The notes under the pieces: generated by a model
Database searches by the model: none
Told to the model about the DNA's origin: nothing
What the model saw: only the letters and a program-made list of their open reading frames with translations
In this document: positions 20,913-30,090 of the stretch, piece after piece
Layout: each line of letters opens with the position of its first letter
Numbering within the stretch: position 1 is the stretch's first letter
Program-made: the position numbers and the translations under genes
NCBI GenBank assembly: GCA_964504915.1
Contig: CAZDFH010000006.1
Span: 4,356-68,355 of the forward strand
Direction of reading: 5' to 3'
DNA: 64,000 nucleotides
Origin: an uncultured Candidatus Peribacteria bacterium
GTDB taxonomy: Bacteria; Patescibacteriota; Gracilibacteria; Absconditabacterales; Absconditicoccaceae

Positions 20913-20914
20913 CT

Positions 20915-21007
20915 GTCGTGTCATTCTGAAACAGAGTGAGGAATCACCTTATTTTATTTGTCTGTGATTTCATACTAGGGGATTTCTCGTTTCGCTCGAC
21001 ATGACAA
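20915..21007. repeat. Long imperfect palindrome (about 26-nt arms)
   Basis: The arm TGTCATTCTGAAACAGAGTGAGGAATC faces the reverse complement of GATTTCTCGTTTCGCTCGACATGACA. It lies between two co-directional minus-strand genes. Confidence 0.7.
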
Positions 21008-21012
21008 TTTAT

Positions 21013-22155
21013 CTAAAGTGCAAAATTAGTTACAATCAGACTCGTCAGTAATCGATATCATAAAATGGTTAATGTATAGATAAGTAAGAGATTGAGAATA
21101 TTTGGTTTTTTCCAAAACTTGCCTATGAAGATCAGTAAGCCCAAGCATCCCACTTTGATCATTTGGATATAGAGCCCAGACAGATTGTCCATGAGCGGTC
21201 GGTAGATATTGTATACAAGGAAGGTTCATCATAGTACGAGAATAAATCCTATACTAAATTCCAGGATAGCATAGAGGCGATCGAAGAGTTGGATAGGACG
21301 TAAAATCCGTGCTACGAAATCTTTCTGAAAAAATTTTCGGCAGAATGCGAGATTGCCAAATAGTGCATAATCTTGGTTTTCTACGCCGACTCTAGCTCCT
21401 AATAATTTGGTCTGCATGGCATATGATTGTCTCATCATCTCCATTTGAATGTCTATGTCAGTCAGGACACTGTCTGTAATTACTTCTTTTGCTTGAGGTT
21501 GTAGTTTTGCAAAGTATCTCTCTTCCAGACTTTCTATCATTTTCATCAGTGCTACACAGCTCTCTTTGATCTTTTCGTAGTTATTCCCCATTCTTAATTT
21601 TCTCAACTCATTTTCCTGCAATGTTATTTTCTCCAGTTCTTGTCTGGTGATATCTCATTTCATCGCTGTCGTGACTTGTTCGCTTTTTTGGAATATTCGA
21701 ATGACTACCTTTTGTGCTGCTGCTAATCTGGGATCGGCGTATATTTTCTTTTCTCTAGTTTTCTTCGTTTGTATCGCTACTTGCTTAGTTTTCTGTTCTA
21801 GAGTTATGGCTTCGCGAGTAGTATCCAAGAGCTTTTGCATGGCTTCTTGGCTTATCGGCTTGGAGACCGAATTAATCTCTTTGACATCTACCCCCAAACG
21901 AAATATTATTTTGCAGGTTTCTTCTATATCGGTTTGTTTGCTTCGTAATGTCACCTGGTCCATTCATCGTTGTATCTTGATCCGAATGTCACCAAACTTT
22001 TTTGGGTCTTCGTCATACTCTTTGAGCGAGAGGACGAGAATAGTATATTTGTCCAAAATCTTCCTCACGAGCAGGTCGGATTCCGTTTCCACCAAGAGTT
22101 CTATCTGTGTGGTGATTTTGTTTTCTTCTTTTATACCATTTACGAGAAAAGTCAT
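21013..22155 (-). CDS. Hypothetical protein with C-terminal TM helices (380 aa)
   Basis: Track ORFs 21964-22155, 21655-21963 and 21229-21621 are in frame, joined by TGA. I extended the frame by hand through TGA TGA at 21226-21231 to TAG at 21013. The C-terminus is hydrophobic. Confidence 0.55.
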
Positions 22156-22348
22156 CTACAAAAAACTAGGTAAAAAGCCATAACTTGCTCTGAGTTTATG
22201 CTTTTATATTGAAATTTCAAAAAAAATCAATATATAGAGTGTCTATGGAACCAATTTTTAATTTGCAATTTACAATTTGTAAACACAGTAGGTCTTGTTT
22301 CTAAATTATAAATTATAAATTAATTTTTTTTATTCTCTCTTTCGCATT

Positions 22349-22720
22349 ATGAAGCATAAGATTCTTCGGCTCATTGTGGTCATTCTTTTGGGAGTATTCA
22401 TTTTTGCTAAGGCTAATCCTACCAACTCCACAGTCATGCACATTAATAGTTTCCTAGGGTGGCATCAAGAAGTGCTCTTGACGGGTATGACTGATACTGG
22501 TGAGACATTACCTACTGATCTTACAGGAGCTACTCTTCCTGTGGAAGATACTACTGGTGGCATAGCTTGTACGATGGATTATACTCCTGTCTGTGCAGAA
22601 GTCCAGGTAGAATGTATCAAAGCTCCATGTCCTCCTATTAAGCAGACTTTTGGCAATAGGTGTATGATGGATGTAAATAAGAAAGCTACGTTTCTGTATA
22701 CAGGGGAATGTGTTGAATAG
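22349..22720 (+). CDS. Secreted protein with a Kazal-like Cys-rich domain
   Basis: It has a signal peptide, then C-TMDYTPVC-...-C-IKAPC..FGNRC....YTGEC spacing typical of Kazal-type modules. Confidence 0.5.
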   Translation: MKHKILRLIVVILLGVFIFAKANPTNSTVMHINSFLGWHQEVLLTGMTDTGETLPTDLTGATLPVEDTTGGIACTMDYTPVCAEVQVECIKAPCPPIKQTFGNRCMMDVNKKATFLYTGECVE

Positions 22721-22726
22721 ACATAA

Positions 22727-22766
22727 GCCTGCCTGCCCTCCTCGGCGGGTAAACCGGTAGGCAAGG
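22727..22766. repeat. GC-rich 3' hairpin module (GCCTGCCTG...GGTAAACC...GGTAGGC)
   Basis: It lies directly after the stop at 22720. Related modules are at 29097-29145 and 59643-59675. Confidence 0.65.
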
Positions 22767-22822
22767 TGAGATGAACACATCATATCTCACAATCAATACT
22801 TTATTTTTTATAAAACAAGTCC

Positions 22823-23587
22823 ATGAAAAAATTTCTTCGGACACTGGTGATTCTCGTTTTACTTGCCTGCGCTTTTTTGTTCGTCAAGAAAAACACGACA
22901 CGATTTACCACAGCTCCTGTGACCGTAGTCACTACAGGAATACAGACTTCCGTGACTGAGTCAGATATATTTGTTACTCCAAATTTTTGTACACCAAGAC
23001 ACACAAGACAAGAATATCTTGCCGCTCAAGCTACTGATTGCCAACAAAATAGTTCTTGTGATCAATGGCAAAAAGACATATCAGGTATCGTCTTCGCTGA
23101 TCGATGGTGTGAGCAATCTGGCTTTACTATCAAAGTAATTGATCTTAGCAATGCGACAGGATATCAGGGAATTATCGATCAATCACTCCAAGAAATACAG
23201 ACATTAGGTACACTTCCACATGTGCTCTATCATAATCTTTTGGAGACAGAGATAGGTTTCGACGCTGGATTCCAAACTACAACCTTTGAACTTACGGGAC
23301 AAAGTGTGACCGGTGCTGACACGTCTAGAATGTTTATTAGCATGGAGTGAGAAGCATCTACACCAGTATTCAATCTTATCGTCAAAAAATGAAATTTCAT
23401 CATAGCGATCCAAAATATATTGGAAAAAAATATGGAGCTCGCTCCGATGTTGTCTAGCTTTCAAGCACAATCGCTTCCGACCGCACAAGCTGTCATAGCA
23501 TATTATCAAGCAAATATTCTTACTAACTCCACATTTCAAAATGTGGTAACAAATGCAGTGACTACAACATTAGCACGATTTAAATAA
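22823..23587 (+). CDS. Secreted protein, leader-sharing paralog family member
   Basis: Leader MKKFL[CGG]TLVILVLLACAFLFVKKNTT[CGA]F. The frame is open to TAA at 23585 (checked). Confidence 0.55.
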
Positions 23588-23607
23588 TTTTATTTTTTTC
23601 TCTGCTT

Positions 23608-24315
23608 ATGAAAAAGCTCCTCCGAAAATTAATTATTCTGATCGTCATTGTCTGTATTTACTTGCTGATCAAAAAAAATACTACTCGACTTGGTCTGCCT
23701 ACCCAGATAGGAACTATTCAGACATGAGTTGTTGCCACATGAATTGATTTGACCAACTGTGTCAGCTATTTCGATGGTTGTAATAATTGCTCAGTCAAAG
23801 ATGGGAAAGCAGATGCTTGTACATTGATGTATTGCGAGAAGCCAAGTGAACCAAAGTGTTTACAAGAAAAAACAGGGGAAAATATAGTATCAGCAATCGA
23901 AGATTTTTCATTCCAAATCCCTAAGTGACGAACAATAACCAAGACAACAAGTAATCCTTGTGCTGATTATGACTGTTCTATACCTGTATTACGTATTGCC
24001 ACAAATATAAAAGATAATTCATGATATGTAGTATATGCTTTACTAAAAATAGATGAGGTTAGTAAAAATAAAGTACAGGCTACCGACAAGATACTAATAA
24101 ATCAACCTGACAAAAAATTAGTCCAGTTGGAATGAGTATCATGATTTGGTTCCTTTATGCTTGATATCAAAGGGAAATATTATCTCATAGAAATCGCTGA
24201 TTTTACATCAGAGCAACCAAAGCCCGCTGGCTATAATGATCTTCGACAGCCCTATAATGTGACAGAAAAAGATATAAACAATCTCATTACAATCATAAAA
24301 AGTATATCTAAATAA
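23608..24315 (+). CDS. Secreted protein, leader-sharing paralog with a CxxC-rich module
   Basis: Leader MKKLL[CGA]KLIILIVIVCIYLLIKKNTT[CGA]LG, followed by DLTNCVSYFDGCNNCSVKDGKADACTLMYCEKPSEPKC. The frame was checked to TAA at 24313. Confidence 0.6.
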
Positions 24316-24337
24316 TTTTTAATCCTTCATATCTCTT

Positions 24338-24982
24338 ATGAAAAAACTTCTTCGGAAAATAATTATTCTGATCATCATTGTCTGTATATACTTGCTGATC
24401 AAAAAAAATACTACCCGACTTGGTATGCCTACACAGACAGGAAATGTCCAAACAGGAATCGTTTCTACGGGGATTGATTTGACGAACTGTGTCAGCTATT
24501 TCGACGGTTGTAACAATTGTTCCGTCAAAGATGGGAAAGTAGATGCTTGTACCAAGATGTATTGCGAGAAACCAAGTGAGCCAAAGTGTTCGCAATATGC
24601 TACTGGGAGTGAAACTACGGGATTAGTGAAAAACTCATCATGAGTTAATGATTTCTGATTCATTGAATGATCTCTAAGTTACCCTTCAGAATGAATCCCG
24701 TGAGATATGGAAGTGTGTGCAAGAAATATTTCAACTAAAGAAATTGTCTGTACAAAAGATCACATTGAAAATAATAAATATACATATCATATATGATACA
24801 AGATTAAAGTTCCTGTTGGAATATATAATGTCTATGCTAAGGAATGAAAACTCGAAGCATATTATTCAGAATTTGTAACTTGCTGATTGAAGGCGGAATG
24901 CCCATCGCATAATCTCATACCAGTTTCTGTTTCTGAAAATATGACAGTATCTAATATTGACCCTAGTGATTGGTACAAATAA
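24338..24982 (+). CDS. Secreted protein, near-identical N-terminal half to 23608-24315
   Basis: The first 265 nt or so are roughly 85-90% identical to 23608-23870 by eye, and then the sequences diverge. The frame was checked to TAA at 24980. Confidence 0.6.
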
Positions 24983-25024
24983 AATATTAATATTTATGTT
25001 TTCTTTTATTCTTTTTCTTTCTTC

Positions 25025-25738
25025 ATGAAAAAGCTTCTTCGAATCATCTGAATTCTTATTGTCCTCATCGCAGCATTTTTCGTAGTGAAGGCACAGACTA
25101 CACGATTTGGTTCGACGCAGAAAGCTACAACAACCTTAGCAAATCCAGCTTCGGTGTATTGTCAGCAACAAAGTGGAACACTAGAAATCGTCACTGATTT
25201 GAGTGGATGACAGTCAGGGATCTGTCATTTAACTGATGGTACGACATGTGATGAATGGGCATATTTTAGAGGAGAATGTCCTACGACGGGGATTTCTAGT
25301 GGAGAAAATAGTTGATTTCTAACATATACAGATAATGTGTATGGGATTCAATTACAATATCCAGATACATGGGAAATTTATCAATGACAACCACCATTTG
25401 AATTACCACTTCTTACATGGATGAGGTTTCAAGATAAGACTTGAGATGGCATAATTAGGGTAGCGATTAGCATTTATAGTTGAACATATTCCTCATTTGT
25501 AGATTTTCAAAGTTGGTATAAAGCTTCTATAAAAGACACAATGACATCAGCTCCAATACAAATAAAAATAGCTGGGTTGGATGCAATAGAGACAATGCAG
25601 ACTGATGGTATCGACTCTGTAAGTCCTTATATTTATATTTCAAAAGGCAACAATACAGTTGTATTCACCACAACTAACGGATCAGAAGGAAAAAAACTAC
25701 TATTGGACACACTAGATTCATTAAAATTCACTGATTAG
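25025..25738 (+). CDS. Secreted protein, paralog leader plus a DUF333-like (putative hemolysin) module
   Basis: Leader MKKLL[CGA]II[G]ILIV.., followed by ANPASVYCQQQSGTLEI...GICHLTDGTTCDEWAYFRGEC. Confidence 0.55.
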
Positions 25739-25760
25739 ATTTTAATCCTAAATATTCTAC

Positions 25761-27185
25761 ATGGAAAAAATTATCGGACATTCAATCCTTGATCAATACT
25801 TTGATGACACCACGATGTCATTACATATCAAGGAAAATAATAAGATCGTGAGAAAAAAAGGTGAGCCAGGCAATTGGAAGCCATACGTAGATACGGTAGT
25901 GATGACCAAGGATATGTTCAAAGATTTGGTAGCCAAAATTTATGAAGAAGTCGAAAACAGAGACGATGGATTTCTAGAGATCGATAGAAAATTATCCAAA
26001 GTTCTCCAACTCTGACCATACAGAATCGTGCTTGTCTACCCACCACTTTCCGATGGATCAGAAATGACTATCGTCAAACCAATCAAGAAATTAAGTATCG
26101 AAGATTATAATTTAGACGATGAGACATTTGATTTATTGAAAAATAAATCCAAGGGAATCCTAGTTTCATGAGCTCCTGGAAGCGGAAAGACAACCTTCGC
26201 GCAAGCGCTGATCGAGGTCTATCACAAAGACAATGCTATCATCAAAACGATTGAATCACCTCGTGATTTGATGCTTTCCGATGATATTGTACAGTACAGC
26301 TTCACCTACGGAACACATGACGAAGTGAGAGACATTTTACTACTTTCTAGACCTGATTACACAGTCTACGACGAAGTAAGAAACACATCTGATTTCGAAT
26401 TATACAAGGACTTGAGATTGACGGGAATTGGTTTGGTCGGCGTGATACACGCTACGAGACCGGTAGATTCTATCCAGAGATTCTTAGGTACTATTGAAAT
26501 GTGAATCATCCCACAAGTAATTGATACAGTGATTTACATCGATAAAGGAAAGATCGGAGAAGTATATCAACTTGCGTTAACGGTCAAAGTCCCTGAGTGA
26601 ATGGAATCAGATGATCTCGCAAGACCAGTGATTATTGTGACCAGTTTTTTATCCAAGAGAGTAGAATATGAAATCTATACCTTCGGAGAACAGACAATTG
26701 TGATGCCGCTTTCCGGCGAGTGAGTCAAAGTAGAAAGCAAAGGAAAAAACGCAATCTCAGAATATGCTAAGCAGACAATTAATCAAAAATTACAAAAATT
26801 ATTACCCTGTGATTTCTTACTCAGAGTAAAATGATCGAGTCTAGATTTGTATATTCCAGAGTATTATAAGTGACGTATTATTGGCAAAGCTGGTGCGACT
26901 ATTAATGATTTAGAAAAGACAGTCGGACTCAGTATCAATGTAAAATCATTTGCTGACTTGCCATTGTTAGACGTCCAGACGCAGATGAGCTCAGCACAAA
27001 AAAATGGTCGTATAGATATCGCATTCCCAGCTGGTTATGAAGAGAAAGAAATCGTAGTTATCGTTGGCGACGATTTGCTTCGTACCAAAACAGATGCTCA
27101 TGCAAGTCTAGTTATCAAAGATAAAATCTTAGTCAAACAGATACAGAAGAAATGATATTTATTGGTAGATGCTGAGAAGCTTTAA
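25761..27185 (+). CDS. PilT-family P-loop ATPase with C-terminal KH domain (COG1855-like)
   Basis: Walker A [G]APGSGKTT, and a KH GxxG segment [22 protein letters not shown]. Track ORFs 25761, 26268 and 26958 are in frame, and the gaps were checked. Confidence 0.7.
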
Positions 27186-27191
27186 TAGCTT

Positions 27192-27241
27192 GTAACATGC
27201 TTCGCGTAACATATCCCATGGATGTAACATAATGGTAACAT
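27192..27241. promoter_or_regulatory. Four direct GTAACAT repeats (iteron-like array)
   Basis: GTAACAT occurs at 27192, 27206, 27224 and 27235 in the intergenic region upstream of the PK-like gene. Confidence 0.4.
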
Positions 27242-27286
27242 GGTTGTAAAAAATTCTCCAAGCTAACAAAAAAATAAATTAACAAT

Positions 27287-27322
27287 GAGTTACTATTTAT
27301 TACTACGAGTTACTATTTGTTA
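27287..27322. repeat. GAGTTACTATTT x2 word repeat
   Basis: Copies at 27287-27298 and 27307-18, each followed by (A/G)TTA. Confidence 0.75.
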
Positions 27323-27368
27323 TCAATCCTCCAGTAGTCTTATTTTATTCTTAAATACATGTAAGCCA

Positions 27369-28775
27369 ATGAACAACTTCCGCTTTTCCAAAATCATCGC
27401 ATGAGTAGGACCTACACTTGCCAAAGAGACCGTACTTTCCAAAGTCATCAATATGGTCGATGTATTTCGTGTTTCTCTATCAGGAGGATTTGATGACAAC
27501 AACAAAAAATATATTGATACGATTATGAAGCTCGATAATAGCAAGACTATTATGCTTGAGACGAGAGGTGCTGATATTAGAGTCAAGAATGTTATGGATG
27601 TGAAAGTCAGAGAGAAACAACTCGTCGAAGTAGAATATTCTGAGTATGCACAAGAACATGAAAAGAAAATTTTCCTTGACGCACCATTCATTCGTGAATT
27701 GAGAATTGGACAGCAAATTAAGTTTCAGCAAAGTGGTGTAGTGGTCAAAGTCAAAAAGATTCAGCCTACAGGTATTTTGGCTGAGGTTACTCAATGAGGT
27801 AGAGTTGCACAATTTGATAGAGCTCTTTTCCCAAATTATGAGTATGCGATTCCCTTCCTTGGAGAGAGAGACAAAAAAGATATCCTGTGGGGACTAGAAT
27901 ATGGAGTACATATTATTGCTAGCTCATTAACGAAATCTAAGAATGATATTCTTGAGTTGAGGCAATTTCTAGCTACCAAAAATGCGGATAAATTGAAAAT
28001 TCTTGCTAAGATAGAGAACAAAGAAGGACTCCAACATTTCAAGGAAATTCTCGATTCCGCAGATGGTATTATCTTGATCTTTGATAAGATAGATAAGCTG
28101 ATCAAGGAGACAAAATGGACGGAAGAATTACTTGTCCAAGAATGTAAAAAAATGGGTAAACCTATCATCATTACCTTTGTCGGTAAATCTGATGGGAAAC
28201 ATTACTTGCTTGTTAACGAGTCTCAGGCGAAGAAATTTTGTGCCTTAGGTGCTGATGCATATATGATAGATACCATGCTTGGAGAGGATGATCCTCTAGA
28301 AATGATTACTGAGCTTTCTGAAATTCTCGATAAATATGAACTCAAAATTGCCGAAAAAGATTTGTCACGTTTTTATGAGAATAATGAATTTTTGGTAAGA
28401 GATTATATCATTTACAATTCCTATAGAGCGACTAAGGAGGTTCTCGTTAGGGCTGTCGTTTCTTATACGGAGAACTGATATTCTGCTGCTAGATTGTCGT
28501 CTTTAGCACCAAGAGTACCAGTGATTGCCTTTACCAAAAATGATGAAACGTACAGATATCTCAATATGCTCCGATGAGTAAGAGGATACAAAATTTCTCA
28601 GTCATTTAGTTACGAAAATCTCAAAAGAGTGGGTAAAGAAATGATCAGAATTATTTTCAAATGAAATATTTCCCTCGATGATAAAATTATTATCATGCAG
28701 GCAAATGAATCACTTAGTGATGAAAAGTCTGGTATGATCAATGGTCTCGAATTGTATAAATTTAAGAATATTTAG
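27369..28775 (+). CDS. Pyruvate-kinase-like protein (divergent)
   Basis: It has FRVSLSGG (compare RLNFSHG), LETRGADIR (compare DTKGPEIR) and KIENKEG. The MVARGDLG and ATQMLESM signatures are not recognisable. The frame was checked. Confidence 0.55.
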
Positions 28776-28831
28776 TTGAGACACAATAAAAACTTGAATC
28801 TTCTTGAAAGTTTTTATGATGTCGAAACTAC

Positions 28832-28885
28832 AGTTGACCAACGAATAATTATGAAGTATAGCGAAGAATTATCGTTTGGTCAACT
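28832..28885. other. Strong 18-bp hairpin in an ORF-poor 460-nt spacer
   Basis: AGTTGACCAACGAATAATT / AATTATCGTTTGGTCAACT (two single-nt bulges). A second perfect 15-bp inverted repeat lies at 28934-28948 / 28987-29001. Confidence 0.6.
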
Positions 28886-29085
28886 ATACATTCTTCAATC
28901 AAAAATGAAAAATATTTTTGAAGGAGAATGTATACCGACGATTTTTGATACATAAAGTATGAGTGTGAACGAAATAATTTATGAGTTCAAAAATCGTCGG
29001 TGTAAGAGAAATGAGCTACGGAATCTTATTGAAAAAAAATATAACAGAGTATATTTCTTCCAGAAAGCTTGTTCTTCACCAACTT

Positions 29086-29152
29086 GCCCGTCATCCACGC
29101 CTGCCTGTCGGTAGACAGGACTGGTAAACCACTAGGTGGGTGGGCTTTTTTG
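29086..29152 (+). terminator. Compound GC-rich terminator (GCCTGCCTGTCGGTAGACAGG module plus T-run)
   Basis: An outer GCCC..CCAC / GTGG..GGGC pairing encloses the inner hairpin CCTGTC-GGTA-GACAGG, followed by TTTTTT. Confidence 0.6.
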
Positions 29153-29167
29153 TCTTTCTATTATCTC

Positions 29168-29195
29168 TTGACAAATCATATTAAATATGTATACT
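29168..29195 (+). promoter_or_regulatory. Consensus sigma-70 promoter (TTGACA-16-TATACT)
   Basis: Hexamers at 29168-29173 and 29190-29195, upstream of the ATG at 29239. Confidence 0.6.
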
Positions 29196-29238
29196 ATTAT
29201 TAGTAATAATACTAATTTTTATTCTCTAATGAGTCCTA

Positions 29239-29553
29239 ATGGGAAGAATAAAAGATCAAGGTATTAATGGTATTACCAAAGCAACGGTCACCACTCGTGG
29301 GCCTGAGATTTTTACGTTGGGTGACGTCTCTCCTGACAAGAAAAAAATGAAAAAATCTGTTGCTAAGACGAATACAGAAACGGTGGAGGTGTTGTCGTAC
29401 GATGCTAACGCATTATGGAATGATTATCAAGAAAATCCACAGTCCTTGACTGCTGATCAGCGAAAATTTCTTGGTAGCAAACTTGATACTCTAGATATTG
29501 ATGAGAATGCAAAACAATTATTTTGAACATTTATGGCAGAGCATATGGCATAA
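29239..29553 (+). CDS. Hypothetical protein (104 aa)
   Basis: Track ORF 29239-29526 extended through one TGA to TAA at 29551. Confidence 0.45.
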
Positions 29554-29704
29554 AATTTAAAACCTTTGTCTGAATGTTTTCACATATACATATATTTTCA
29601 AAGAAAGTCTGTTCTTCATGAATGGATTTTTTTTTGTTTTCTTAAGGTTAGTTTAAGGTGAAAGAGTATAGAGGTGGCGATGATTTATTTCTTTCTTGTT
29701 TTTT

Positions 29705-30061
29705 ATGAAAAAACTTTTTTCTGTATCGCTTGGTATTGTAGCCTGACTTCTGGTCTGTCTAGCAGTAGGACAAGCTTTCAAAAGTGGCTCTAGTACTCTA
29801 TCTTCTGCATCTTTTACTAAGCGTTCGTCCTTAGAAAGTGGTGCTTGAAATTTCTGATCTGGGATGTTTCGTTCGTGAATGAATGCATGAATGTTGTCTG
29901 GTATGAGAAATGGAAGTGGTGGATTTTCTGGCTGACCAGGTGGCTCTGGTAATTTTATGCCGTGATCTGGTGCTATGATGGGCTCATGAAGGATGAGAAA
30001 TGGAACATGATGAAATGTCTCATCTGCAGAGCAATTGCTTGATCAACATTTATCACAATAA
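29705..30061 (+). CDS. Secreted Gly/Met/Ser-rich low-complexity protein
   Basis: It has a signal peptide, followed by ..G[G]NF[G]SGMFRS[G]MNA[G]MLSGMRNGSGGFSG[G]PGGSGNFMP[G]SGAMMGS[G].. About 15 of its Gly are written as TGA. Confidence 0.5.
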
Positions 30062-30090
30062 TAATTTTTATTTATAGCTTATTTCCTCTC

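Noticed and set aside
21013-22155. PilC/GspF-type pilus platform protein, because the N-terminal 45 aa resemble the PilC N-terminus.
   Set aside because: No recognisable duplicated T2SS-F domains are present, and the TM helices occur only at the extreme C-terminus. The resemblance is too weak to call.
21647-22183. 178-aa plus-strand ORF. The same applies to 48256-48720 (154 aa) and 27323-27691.
   Set aside because: Each is antisense to a longer, TGA-joined gene with a coherent translation (21013-22155, leuS and the PK-like gene respectively). These are shadow ORFs typical of AT-rich DNA.
28959-29114. 51-aa ORF (MSVNEIIYEFKNRRCKRNELRNLIEKKYNRVYFFQKACSSPTCPSSTPACR) as a small protein gene.
   Set aside because: Its 3' third is the translation of the GC-rich terminator module, and no homology or start context supports it. 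It is kept only as part of the structured-spacer observation.
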